Below, piece after piece: positions 30,325 to 43,391 of a DNA stretch of 64,000 nt (position 1 is its first letter; every line of letters starts with the position of its first letter). Origin of the DNA: the human T2T-CHM13v2.0 reference genome, Homo sapiens; the NCBI GenBank assembly GCA_009914755.4, contig CP068257.2, forward strand, positions 14,912,001-14,976,000, in the 5' to 3' direction. The notes under the pieces were generated by a model. The model saw only the letters and a list, made by a program, of their open reading frames with translations. It had not been told where the DNA came from and did not search any database. Position numbers and translations under genes: made by a program.

Positions 30325-30500
30325 TTCTTTGCTACCTGTTTCTTTCTCTCCTTTTTCATTCTTCCCTTCCCTCTTCCCATTTCTGTGTTTCCCTTTCTTC
30401 TTCCCTGTTATTATTTTCCTTCTTGCTTTTCTCTCTCATGAGAGTATATTCTTAATTCTGTTTCCTTCTGGTGCCAACTTCTTTTTCTATTTTTATTCTT
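30325..30500. repeat. Polypyrimidine (CT-rich) low-complexity tract
   Basis: cctgtttctttctctcctttttcattcttcccttccctcttcccatttctgtgtttccctttcttcttccctgttattattttccttcttgcttttctctctc ... is more than 85% pyrimidine on the plus strand. Confidence 0.8.
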
Positions 30501-31939
30501 GCGTTTGAGAGGTTTCTTTTTCCTTTTGCTTTCAAATCAGGAGCCTGTAGGAACTGATCTTAGAGATACATACCCTACTACCGATGCTTCTATCTCTTTA
30601 TAGGTTGTGTGATGTTTTCTTTGGAACCTCTGCGAATGGTTGTCCTTCTTGTTTGTTGCCACAGATCTGTTGCCAATCTGCTACCTTAGTTGAGCCTGCA
30701 GTGCCGCACTGCATGCTGGGATCTGTCTGTGTGAGTAAACTGAAATTTCTACAGCACCAGACAGCATTAGAGTTGGCTTGAGAATTGCCGTACTTTGCTT
30801 CCCTTTGTATGTATTTCTTGTATGCTGCCGAGTCACTGATGGCTAGCTCTGTCTGGCAAGTAATTCAAAAATGCTGTTTATGTAGAAAGGAAAGGTAGGG
30901 ACTTTACCACACTCTGTCATTAAAGGGAGCAATTGAAGAACAAAGGAACTGAGTAAATACCTATATATTGCCTTTTGTGTTGCGAAACACTGTAGCACAA
31001 ACACATTTGTGTTCAGCCAAATGTTTTACTTCCTTTTGTAATAACGCATATAGTAGGTTGTCTCCACATATGTACAAGAATCCATATTTTATTTAAACGT
31101 ATATAGTCAATTGTTCATATTTATAGGCTGCAAACATTTCTCAATCTCAAAGACTTTTACATATCCACTCCCACACAGCTATTTGTTATTATTTTAAAAG
31201 TTCTTAAATTAAAAAAAAAAATAAAATATACTAATATCTCTGTTGGTTGATTTTATTAAGCAACTTAGGATTTCAACACAGTTTAAATCATATTGATGAC
31301 TCAGATCCTGGCAGGTCTTACAATTCCTGTGAAATGAGAGCACAGCTAATAAAAATATTAAGCAATTACTTTTATTAAAATCATAGGGTTTTTTTCATTA
31401 TCACATAGAAATGATTGATCTATACAGATTGGTCTCACTCATGTGTCTTTTGGGCTGCTTGGGAGCTTCATGTAGAAGTGGAAAGTCCCCTTTGCTCTTC
31501 CTTCGACCAAGGTGGGGAAAATGAAGGCATAGAATACAATCTAGGGCTATTAAAGAATTGCTGGCATTACTTCTCTCTATCACGTGTGAGCCTGGCTGCC
31601 TGCTTCCTGAGGTAGGGGATCCAGGATGAGACTGTGCCGGAGCCTGTTTCCACAACTGCATTTGGAGATCCGTCTTATTGATTAGCGGGGGAAAGGGGTG
31701 GGGATCAGGAGTGTGAGGTGAGGGGAGGACCAACTGACGACTGGCTCAATGAAGCACAAGACATTTTCTTCCGGAAAGATGTCAAACAACTGAGAAACAG
31801 CCAGAGAGGAAGTAGAAAGGTGGAAAAATGAGGAGACCCTGGAAGAAATGAAGGCATTTCCTATGAGACAGCCTTGGGGCTTTTTTCTTTTCTTTCTTTT
31901 TTTTTGCTTCCATCATCTGACCTGCAAAGGCTAGAGTGA

Positions 31940-32222
31940 CAGCGTCATGCAAATGCTGCAGTCCAGCAGGTCTGGGAGAGGGTGGATGCTAGACTGTGAG
32001 TTAATGTTAATGATGAGCGCAGTGAAAATACCAGCCGCTGCCACCCCCTGCTCACAGAAGCGCTCTGAGTCAGCATCAGATGCTTTGCCTCGCCTCTCGC
32101 TGTGTATCTGTATGCCTGTGTGCGCGCGCGTGCTCGCTCGGGCATCCGTGTCTAGCCGAGGGGAGGGGGTGGCGTGTGAGTGCGTGGAGGGTAAAAGCCA
32201 GTCAGTCAGTGAGAAGCAAAGG
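31940..32222 (+). promoter_or_regulatory. Candidate CpG-retaining promoter or first-exon region ending at a consensus splice donor
   Basis: Octamer ATGCAAAT at 31948-31955. AP-1-type site TGAGTCA at 32067-32073. About 15 CpGs in 32033-32180 (gtgcgcgcgcgtgctcgctcgggcatccgtgtctagccgagg), which is unusual for this AT-rich window. GGGAGGGGG GC-box at about 32162. TAAAAG at 32193-32198. Then cagtcagtcagtgagaagcaaag|GTACGT, with the donor GT at 32223. Confidence 0.35.
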
Positions 32223-32826
32223 TACGTTGGAGAGCAACTAAAATCTGACTGATTTCCATCTTTGGAGCATCAGATGTATTCCCTAAGGAGGATGGGTCTC
32301 CGTGATGGGGGTGGTATAATTATGTTAATGTCATTTTTATGGAGGGGTGAGATTTTTCATTCTGATAATTGGTTGAATGCTATGGTCAAAAATTGTAAAG
32401 CCATATTCAGTTTTAGGGAAAAGCATGGACTTAGATCTAAGGGCTGTTTTATTTTTTCGCTTTTTGTGAGTGCTGCTTTTTTGTTTTTTTGGTTTTTGTT
32501 TTTTAACTATTTATTTTAAGCCATAAGTGATTCAGTATGGGAAATCAAATGATAAACAGAAAGAGATCTTATATAATGATGCATTACATCATGGAGCAGA
32601 ATATTTAAAGTCTTACAAGGCAGAGTAAAGATCTGGACAGGGGGTGGGGGGTGGTGGTTGGAAAGGGGTGTGGTACTAGGGTGGAGGAGGGGGGCCAATT
32701 ACCAAATATTTTGTGCAGTATAGCTTTCCTTGCAGCTTACTTGGAAATGGATGATTCACCTGTTCTACAGGAAAACATTCTAATTCTTTCCATTTTTTTT
32801 TTTTTCCTCCTCTTTTCCCTTTTAAG

Positions 32827-33000
32827 ATCAACCACCTCAGAAGAGCCAGATTCCACTTCTGTGGCCAGGACTTTTACATTATGGCTGGTCCGATTGTTTT
32901 ACCCTGCGTTCTATGCTACTAAACCTTGGATCATTCCTAAAGTACAAATTCTGTTCTCGAACCACAAACAAGGCTAAAAGATCGGAGGAAATTCAGTGAA
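32827..33000 (+). other. Candidate internal or terminal exon of a non-coding transcript, starting at a strong splice acceptor
   Basis: A 45-nt polypyrimidine tract (cattttttttttttttcctcctcttttcccttttaag) ends in AG at 32825-32826, and an exon-like segment follows (ATCAACCACCTCAGAAGAGCCAGATTCC...). Only a 13-codon ATG ORF (MAGPIVLPCVLCY) is present, so it is non-coding if real. The 3' boundary is undetermined. Confidence 0.25.
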
Positions 33001-36000
33001 TATACAGGATTGGGGTTGTGTATTTTTAAAAGTATTGAGCTTTATAATGTAATTATTCAAGAAATAGAATCATGGTTTTTTTATGATGTTGCCAGCATTT
33101 TAAATTACATGTTTATTAAGTGGCATTGCTCAAATAACTACAGAGTATGCGTGGAAATATTTGCTGTCTGAATAGTTTGGAGATTCAAAGAGAAAAATCA
33201 AGCTTCAGAGGTATTAAATTATGACATGCAGAAAAGTTTTTGTTTTGTTCTTAACTGCAACGGTATATATTTAAATCCGATTTAAAGTATTATATGTCCT
33301 GGGCCCACCTTACCAGTTGTGCTGTATAGCAGTGTAATGGGAAGCAAAATTTCAATTAGGGTCCCATTAACTGGCATATAATCCTTCTTTAATGTAATAG
33401 AGGCTATGGTGTTGCTGTACAAATCTGCTAGAAGCAGATTTTAACCCATGTTTAGTCTCTTTCTTTGGATCTAATGGAATGACTCTTAACTGTTCATTGT
33501 CTGCATTGTTTCTCATATTCTTCATTATTTTAAGGTCTGGAATTAGTCTATAAATGGTCGTCGTGATTACTCAGCTCATCCTAACTTTTATATATCATAT
33601 ATATTTCTACTGAAGTATTTTAAATAGTATTTAGAGGTAAAAGTCTAAGTGAACCCAACTGTAATTTCTAAGCTATCCTTATTTCTGGAAGAAGAATTCT
33701 ACCGCATCAAACCAGACTTTTCCTAGTCCCTGAGACCCTAACTTGTGAGGTATTTTAGTAACATCACAAGTCAGGCTCTTGGGACCTAGGCGGAGGGGAA
33801 CCAGCAGCTTTGGACCTTATTGATTGTCTGCAGTTACCACCAGAACAAAAGAACATACATAGATTCTGCCTAGGAGAAAAGAACAATGCTTTTCTTTATC
33901 ATCAGCAACGTTTTCACCATGACCCATCCCCAAAAATACTATTGTCAGAAACTGTACTCTAAAGTGATTACACAGTTGCACTGAAATAGCGTTTGTATTA
34001 TAACGATCATACAAAAGCAATATAAGAAACCTGTGTAAGAAGCAAAATTAAAATATAAGTGTTTTAAAATGCTTCTTTTGGTGCATTTTAAGGTGGCTAG
34101 TATAAGAGGATATCTCTTCAGTTAATGAAGAGAGGGGATTATATTTATAACTTTTCATATGCATTGAAATATATACATTAGCTACTTAAATAAATCCTGT
34201 ATGCCTCCATATAACTATGGCTCAGACTATGTCATATACAGCTATAAGCATGCTTGAGGCCTAGAAATAACATGATTTACAATCTTCTTTATTGACCCTA
34301 TTAGATTTTACTACCGATTTAAGAAGAATGCTGTTTTATACTTTGTATTTATTGCCAGGGCTTTTCTGAGTCTTCTATCCAACCAACATACTTTATATGT
34401 CTTAACAATTCTAACAATTATTTTGTTACGAGAGTCCAAGAGTGAAAGTTTCACCAATAATCTGGGAAAATATGTCTTTTTAAAATTTTTTACAGTTTAC
34501 TGTGTACATATCATGGGCCTACGTGAGATAAAACAGTAAACGCCACCTATGAAGTCAAACTGCTTTGACTAGCAACTGCATATGAACTGCATAGTTTTAG
34601 TTTTATAAGAATTTTAGCTTTATCGGAGGTAACTATTCCAACCATAAGTAATATGTCATATTTGAAAGTTTAATAGCCATTGCCACATCAGATATGTCTT
34701 TCTTGGAGATAGAATCAGTATGCTAAATCTATTTAAAAATTTTACAATAATGTTACAAATATCAAGATTCAAAATGGAGATGACAGACTTTCCTTAATAG
34801 AAGCAACAAAGTGGCTTCATTCTTTTAACTATTGCCTTAGATGGGTGCCATAAATTATGTGTCTTCTGCATTGTTAAAATAAATTTATGAATGTATTTTA
34901 GAATACTGTACGGAGTCTTTGTTCATCTTTTTAAAAATTTCTTATAATACCTACTTGAAATATTACAGAATACAAATCATCTATTAGTCATAGTTATTAA
35001 AAATTACTATAACAATATCATAAACATACACATCTATATAAAGCATGCAGAATATGTTTAAGCATGTATGCACACTGTACCTATTCAGATTCTTTATTTA
35101 TATCATCTACTTCATTTATCTAGAAGTTCTGAAATTTTAGGTGTGTGTATGTATATGTATAAATATAAGTTTTAAAGCTCCAAATGAAAGGAGGTAATAT
35201 AAACAGTAAAGAGCTTTGGTAGTATTTATCTTTTATTTCTTTTGACCTCATTCTCATTGGAATTGAGTATTTTTTAAAACCATAAGTTTCTTAATACAAA
35301 GAAATCTATGTATGTGTGTCTACATGTACACAGAAGCTTGATTACATTTAATAGCAATGTTCACACAATGGATCTGAAAGTACTTCTTGTAAAAAAGAAT
35401 ATCACATACAAGTATGTGTTTACTAACATCTGTTTTAACATGATCATAAATAATATCTGTGAAAGGTTCCATCAAGTTAGTTCCAAAACAATGTAAGGGG
35501 TAGATGTTTATTGGCTATAGTGATATCAGATATAGGTTATTCAAACGTGAAAATTTTTTAATGTTATCATATTCATGAACCACACTATATATTAACTTCT
35601 GTCTCATAAAAGAAATATACCAAAACTGAATTGAGAATGCAGTCATGTTTGTTCATTTTCACCATAAACATATAAAATGTTTTTTACTGATAATCCTGCA
35701 CAATTGGAACTTCTCTATGTAACCCTCCTATATGAACAGTCTTTCAAGAGCGTCATTGACAAAGCTTTTCTTTTACTTCATAAAGGTGTATATAGATTTA
35801 AGTGGGTGACTTTGCTTATGTAGGCTACTTTATGCTGTATGTGCATAGACAGATGCCACTTTTTCTGCATTTCTATCTCAGCTGTCACAGGATAATATTG
35901 TTTTAGGGCTTTATGATATGATTTGGAAAATCAGATCATACTAAGCTTAAAATAAAAAGGAGAGATCTACAACAAAGAGCGAGAAAATGATGTGTGTTGC

Positions 36001-39000
36001 ATGCAAAAAAAACAGTGATATTAACAATTCGATGGCTTCCTGGTTGGGAGACCAGCCTGAGCCAGACGCATATATTAAGGGCTGTCTGCTGCCGATGTGA
36101 GCTTGCTCAATGCGGTGGAAATGAGGAATCATCTCCTTTCTGACACCAGCTTATTTGTACATTTTAATTTTGAAATAGCCAATCACTGTTTTACATAAAT
36201 ATACTAACCCCTGCCTGATTCATTTTCTTTCCCATATTGTTTGTTAATTTACTGTGAACTTCAAGTTCCTTTTTTTGGCAAAAAAAATCATCATTCAACT
36301 TCAACATCTACCAAAGACCAATGAAGTATTAGCTTTTCTTTTGTCTCTTTTGTATTGCTCTGATAATATTGTGATATTCATGCTTTTAACTTTTAATCTC
36401 TGTAAGGAAAACATCAATTTTCCAAAATAGCATTTTTTAAAGCCTTTTAGGATCCATCAAGGAAGCCACTCTGGAATTTTGCCAAATCTAAATATGATTA
36501 TATTTCATTTCAGGGTTCATGGGATCAATATCTTTTTCAGTATAAAAGTCCCAAACACTTTAGTATTCCAGTGGAGCTACAGAAGAGGTGTAGAGATATT
36601 CTTAAATCATTTAAGCATTAGGCTACATTAATAGTGTCTTGAAGAGAAATAAGTATCTCAGGAGAATTATAGTACAAGTTAATTACTAATGAAATTAGAA
36701 AGGGTATGTTCTGCCTTAAACTCCTCTTCAAATGGACAGGCTGGTACATGTGCCTAGGCTTGGTCTAATACACCTTAAATATATAAACGGTTTTACAAGC
36801 TGTCATGTTTGGATGAGTTTGAGAAAAGCAGTATATAAAGGGTTAGCTAACGCCCAAATTTTCTTGCCATTTACACATGCAATGCAGCCTACATTTCTGT
36901 AGGCAGCAAATGCAGGCATCATTTTGATTGCTTGAATTCTTTTGTTTAATTTTTTACTAGACATTTAACTTAGCACTCAAATCCCACTGATCCCTTAGAG
37001 ACTGCATTTGGATAAGGAAAACAAAGTTCCTAATATAGAGAAGTTTAAAAAAAAAAAAAATCCTGGGCCCTTGTAAACATTTGAGAAATAGACTTTTAGT
37101 GTAGCGCTGCAAATACATATTTAGAGTGCAGAAACTTAGGTACCTTTATTATCTATCATCATCCTGGTTTTCTTATCTTTCAGTGACCAACTATAGAGTC
37201 GGTCACATATTTATTTCCTATATGTCTTTATTTCTTGAAAGGTTTAGTAAAAACAGTGTAAAAATTGACATATCTTCATAAAATGATTCACACCATTTCT
37301 TCAATGAGCTAGCTTCAATTTTCATTAAATGTTGCTTTTCTCCACGTCTCTACATGTTAAATGTAACTTTATGAAGTACATTAGCAGCCAATAATATTAA
37401 CTTGTATGTAATAGTTTACTTGTAGGAATTTGAAAGCAGGTGGAACTTGAAGGTAATTGAGATTAAGTGAATTTAAGATTAAATAGCTTCATTTTATATA
37501 AACAGTTAATTTCATGCATATTTTATGGACAACTTAAAAGTGAAAAATTCTGATAAGGTGAACTAAATTTTTCATTATTGATATAAGTAACGTGACTTTA
37601 AATCTGTTACCTTAATAATTAATTTCTAAACAAACAAAACAGGTATAAAAATAATCATGGACTATATTCATTAGGTCAAGTAAATAAGAATAAAAACTTC
37701 CTAGGTTTTGTCTTGGCCATATAAGGTCTTTGAGGTGTTTTGGGTTCTTTTGTGTTGATTGATAGATTTAACTTTGCCTCTCTTCTGAGAAGTTTCTCCC
37801 TCTTTGTCAATAGGTGTCTGATGATTTGTGAGCCTCAAGTGACTACTCTGTGGAATCATCTGTCCTTGCCTTTGAATTAGCTTTCCCTAGGCCATGAGTC
37901 AACATTAGTAGTTTATACATCCAAATTGGTAGGTCTTTATGAAATTCTTCTATGTATTCGTTCTAGACATATAAGTGAAGTATAAGAAATTATAGATTTA
38001 CATTGTGGTTGTTTTTACAGCTTCTGGACATCTTTGAGAAAATACTTGGGTGGCATTGAAACACTAGCCAATGGAAGCATTTGATTTTGTAGAATTTTGA
38101 AATGTAGTGCCTTACTCATAGTACACTTCCTAGTCTTGGGGGTGGGAAGACCAGTCTGTAGCTAACTTATTACTGTCTTATACATCATGCTAAAGCCCAG
38201 CCTGGGCATTTGTAAACCTCGGGGAGGTTTCTACTTTAGACAACAGTTTTTGTTGAGGGATTACACCACAGTCAGTTCCCTCCATTTCTCCCTCTCTTCC
38301 TGGCCCCCCTCCCACCCAACATGGAGCCTTTTCAACTCTTCAAAGAAGTGGGAAAAAAAAGTAGACTCTTTATTAATGGCAGAAAACAAACTGGCTGCTG
38401 TACTTCCGAGGCAGCTCTCTAATAATAAAGCAGAGTAGGCACTGCAACAAAGAATTCTTGAATGTACTAAATATATAGGGAAGCCTATTTAAATTCACCA
38501 GAGGGGCTTAGAGGACAAGCAGCAGAAAGTTTAGAATTCAATTCAAGCCATGCCAGAAAATGAAAATGTACTTAAAAAAGGATTTCTGAAACAATTGTTC
38601 AAAGAAATGTCAACTTTTAAGGTTCTTTCTAGAAGAATGAAATTTGTACTCTAATTTATGTGGTGACTTTTTCAATTAGAGAGGAAAAGTGATTAACAGA
38701 ATCTCAAAGGAATTGTATCTTATGTTTAAAGAAAACGTGTTTTCTTTCCATAGGATGTTCTCTAGTGAGGGCCACCTAGTGCACTGACTAAAAACAACCA
38801 AATATATTTATGGGACAAACAGATAATGTATTTTTTTTTTTTTTTAGCAATTAGACATAACAAATGCTCATCTTACTTTGACAGAAAAATATTCAACTTT
38901 ATATTCTTTCTAGTTCATTTTCTCACATTCAGCTCTACGATTTAAAATATTTTAATTGTAACTCTGAAAGAGCAATTTGCTGATAAATAATAGGACTATG

Positions 39001-39190
39001 TGTTTCTAAATTTAAGAGATAAAAAAGTGATCCCTACCTTATCTCTTAGTGATTGAGTCAAGAAATTATCGTTGCCCATTATTTACCTATCTATAAGACA
39101 TGTGTTTCTATAAGGAATACCCACATCTATAAGAATATATATTTTATTAATCACAATGTTCACTTTCTTTATAAAAACTGCTTATAAAGA

Positions 39191-39554
<364 letters not shown>

Positions 39555-40730
39555 TTAGAAGTAACATAGATATTGGAAAAAAAAGATCGTTTTTCTTTGT
39601 CCTCAAGGATTGCAAGTTTTAAAGAGAATGGAGGCTTGGACTTGCTAGTGACCATCTTTGTTGCCATTGTGGAGAGATTCTACCTGAGAATGAAACCCAC
39701 ATGGAATTCATCAGTTCCACAGTATAATTTGTCAGCTTAAAATAAGATATTTATTTATTAATGCATCTATTCTTCCCACCCTCCCCCAAGTTCTCTCTGC
39801 TGGCTCTGCCTCTCCCTCTCACCTGATATGTTCTCCCTCTTTCTTTCTCTTTCTCTCCAGTGTTGACTTCATTCTCAGGTAAGCTTTCTGAATGTGGTGG
39901 CAAAGATGGCCACATACAACTTCAGACTTGCATCATGCGTCATCCTACAGCCTGTGAATCCAGGAAAAATAAACAAACAAAAAGATTCTCTTTATGCCAA
40001 CATCAATTTCAGTTGTCAGAAAATCTTGGATTGGCTCTGTTTTGGTGACATGCCCATATGTGGATCCACTTATTTGATAAACAAGGACTACTCTGATTGG
40101 ATGGCCAATGTAGGGAGGCAAAAGACGACTAGCCTATCAAGGTCATGAGGAATGAGTGAGGGTCTGTCAGTCGTAGAAAGTGAAAGGAATTTAAAGCAGG
40201 CGGGAATGTAATGGAACACACAACCACCACTACACATTTTTTAATTACTGAGTATAATGATGATTGATAGGCTTTTGAAAATGTTTGTCTTGGTAAACTC
40301 ACTGGTACCTATCAATGTGTAGGCAACATTAGTTTATTTTGCCAAATGTCCTCTTACAGCATGGAAACTATAAAACATCTGCTGCAGCAAATCTCAACCT
40401 TGAGTGTCATGAGATTAATTACTTTTATTAACACTTTCCATAAGCATGTAATATATGACATATACCAGGAAAGTCAGCATTTGGTCTCATTTAGGAATTT
40501 GAAATTTTAAAAATTATTTAAGATTACTAGAAATTGTTTGGTAAAGAAGAGATGATTATTTTTTTCTGTAGCCTATTGTGTCTATCCTTAACCACCATAT
40601 GATCAGACCATTTCCTTACAGCAAATTTTATATCCTCCCCACTTTTACCTCTAATGTTAGAGATAATTAGTGCTGATTCTTGGAAATTTTTATTTTTGTT
40701 TATGAATTAATTTCTTCCTCTACTACTATT

Positions 40731-40793
40731 ATACATATATATATGCATTATATATACATATGTGTGTGTGTGTTTGTGTGTATGATGTATATA
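40731..40793. repeat. Compound (TA)n(TG)n microsatellite
   Basis: atacatatatatatgcattatatatacatatgtgtgtgtgtgtttgtgtgtatgatgtatatat seen directly. Confidence 0.9.
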
Positions 40794-42620
40794 TGATGGC
40801 TACAGTTATAAAATAAGGATGTTAGATTCTTATTCCATATCCTTTACCTTGTTGCTCTTTTGTTTATCATAGTATGACCTGGGTGGTTTTTAACATTTTA
40901 CCATCAAGAACTACTATTTAGGAATCTTTCTCAATGAAAAAGAGATTAATTTACTATGAATAATGGTTCTAATGCAAAACATTTTGGGCTTTTGTTGTGA
41001 TGCAGATGAGCAAAGCCATAAATATAATTTAGAGAGTTTGAAAATGTATTTTAACATTCACAATTCTTCTCACTAATTAATCAAATTACAAAATTATGCT
41101 GTGGCTTCCAGTATATTAAAATAAGTTGTCATATTTGGAACATCTGTTTATGGTCCTATTATGAATATGTATTTCTAAAGGGCTGAAATATAGATTGCCA
41201 TAAATAATGTTTGCAATTTAGTCCGTGGAAAAATGATACCTACTTCCCTTCACAATGCTTGTTTATTTCCCACGAAGTAAATCTTCCAGATTGTATTTTA
41301 TCATTTTCTTATCAAGACGGAGGAAAAAAGACTCGGGTCTTACTTAAGCCTTGCTGATTGGTTAAGAAAAGAGATGGCTGTCATCGGCAGCCTTGCCAGA
41401 CACTGTACCGTGGCTCCAGACAGTCAGCTGGTACTATCGCTTTGTCTCAACTATAAATCACAGTCTCGTAATGGCCAAGGCTGACACCTTGACATTTTCA
41501 AGAAGAGTAAAAGACCTGATTTGAATGGAAATCAATTTCATTTCACAAATCTTGGGTGACTACTCCAAGCCTTTTCTTGTGTCTTCTTGAGACTTATTTG
41601 GGATTTTCATGATCATCAGAGGATTATTTGAGTGTTATATTATGACTTTTTAAAGCTATAAAACCATATTCTTACTTCCTTCTTCATTCCTAACATGAGA
41701 AAATTGATTTTTAAAGTTTTATGTAAGAAAAATCACTAATAAGCACTGATAGTTTTTAAAATGGCAATAGCAGCCAATGCTGTTTAGTTTTGCAAAACTT
41801 TTGTAAAATGTTCTCTGATTTAAAAGTACAAGCTGTGTACACACGTATCCAGATTAACCTTTGATTACCTGATAATAAATATTAGCAATTATCAAGTGAT
41901 TTTGCACTTCAATCAAGCAGGTCTCAATGAAACTTAAAATCTTTTGAAAAGTATTTTCACTTTTACGTTCTTAGACATAACAAGAAAGTTTTAAGCCTTA
42001 AATTTTAAGTATTCTAGAGCCAATGATGAGTAAAAAGTACTTAATTATGTTAGATGGGACCTTGCATTAAATTGCATCCGATCTTTTGACCATTCGACCC
42101 AAGTGACACAGAAATAATTTCATACTTTACTAGTATGAAAAGAAATTCTTTTTGGGGCTTTTAGGAGCTTGGCATTGAATGTTTAAAATGTTTAATATAC
42201 TTATTCTGTTACATCTTTCTCCTTTAGAAGAATACTACCATTTCTTTAAAAGCACGGAGGGGAAGACATTTCTTCTTTCCTGGTATTTTGTCTTGATCCC
42301 TCTCCAAGAGTGATCTAAGCTCAGTAAAGCCTTGGTCTTCTCGACACAATATTAATGGAAAATGTTAACCTTACCTATCTCTCTTTTTTAAGTATGGAGG
42401 GATTACCACAATGCCTTGTGATGATTTCTCTTCATCTTCATTGTTAGTCCTCAACTTTGTCTCAAATCATAATTTTAAACAGATAAACTTTGATTGTTAA
42501 ATTCATTATTTTGTAAAGCCCTATGAACGAGTGAAATTACACACAGTTACAAACAGGATTCCCAACCCTTAAATCTTTTTATTCATCCTTCTATCCATCT
42601 ACTCATTCATTCATAATCTA

Positions 42621-42979
<359 letters not shown>

Positions 42980-43064
42980 TTAAAAAACAAAAAAGTTATC
43001 AAGTCAGAAAGTGATCTATCCACAAAGGAGATGTAAACACAACGTTCTGATGTTTTGGGATTCT

Positions 43065-43391
<327 letters not shown>

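Noticed and set aside
32651-32977. 108-aa plus-strand ORF spanning the candidate exon at 32827
   Set aside because: It starts in a poly-G low-complexity stretch (ggggtggggggtggtggttgg) and runs through the intron-like polypyrimidine tract. No ATG-initiated frame over 13 codons exists in the exon-like part. It is kept only as a non-coding exon candidate.
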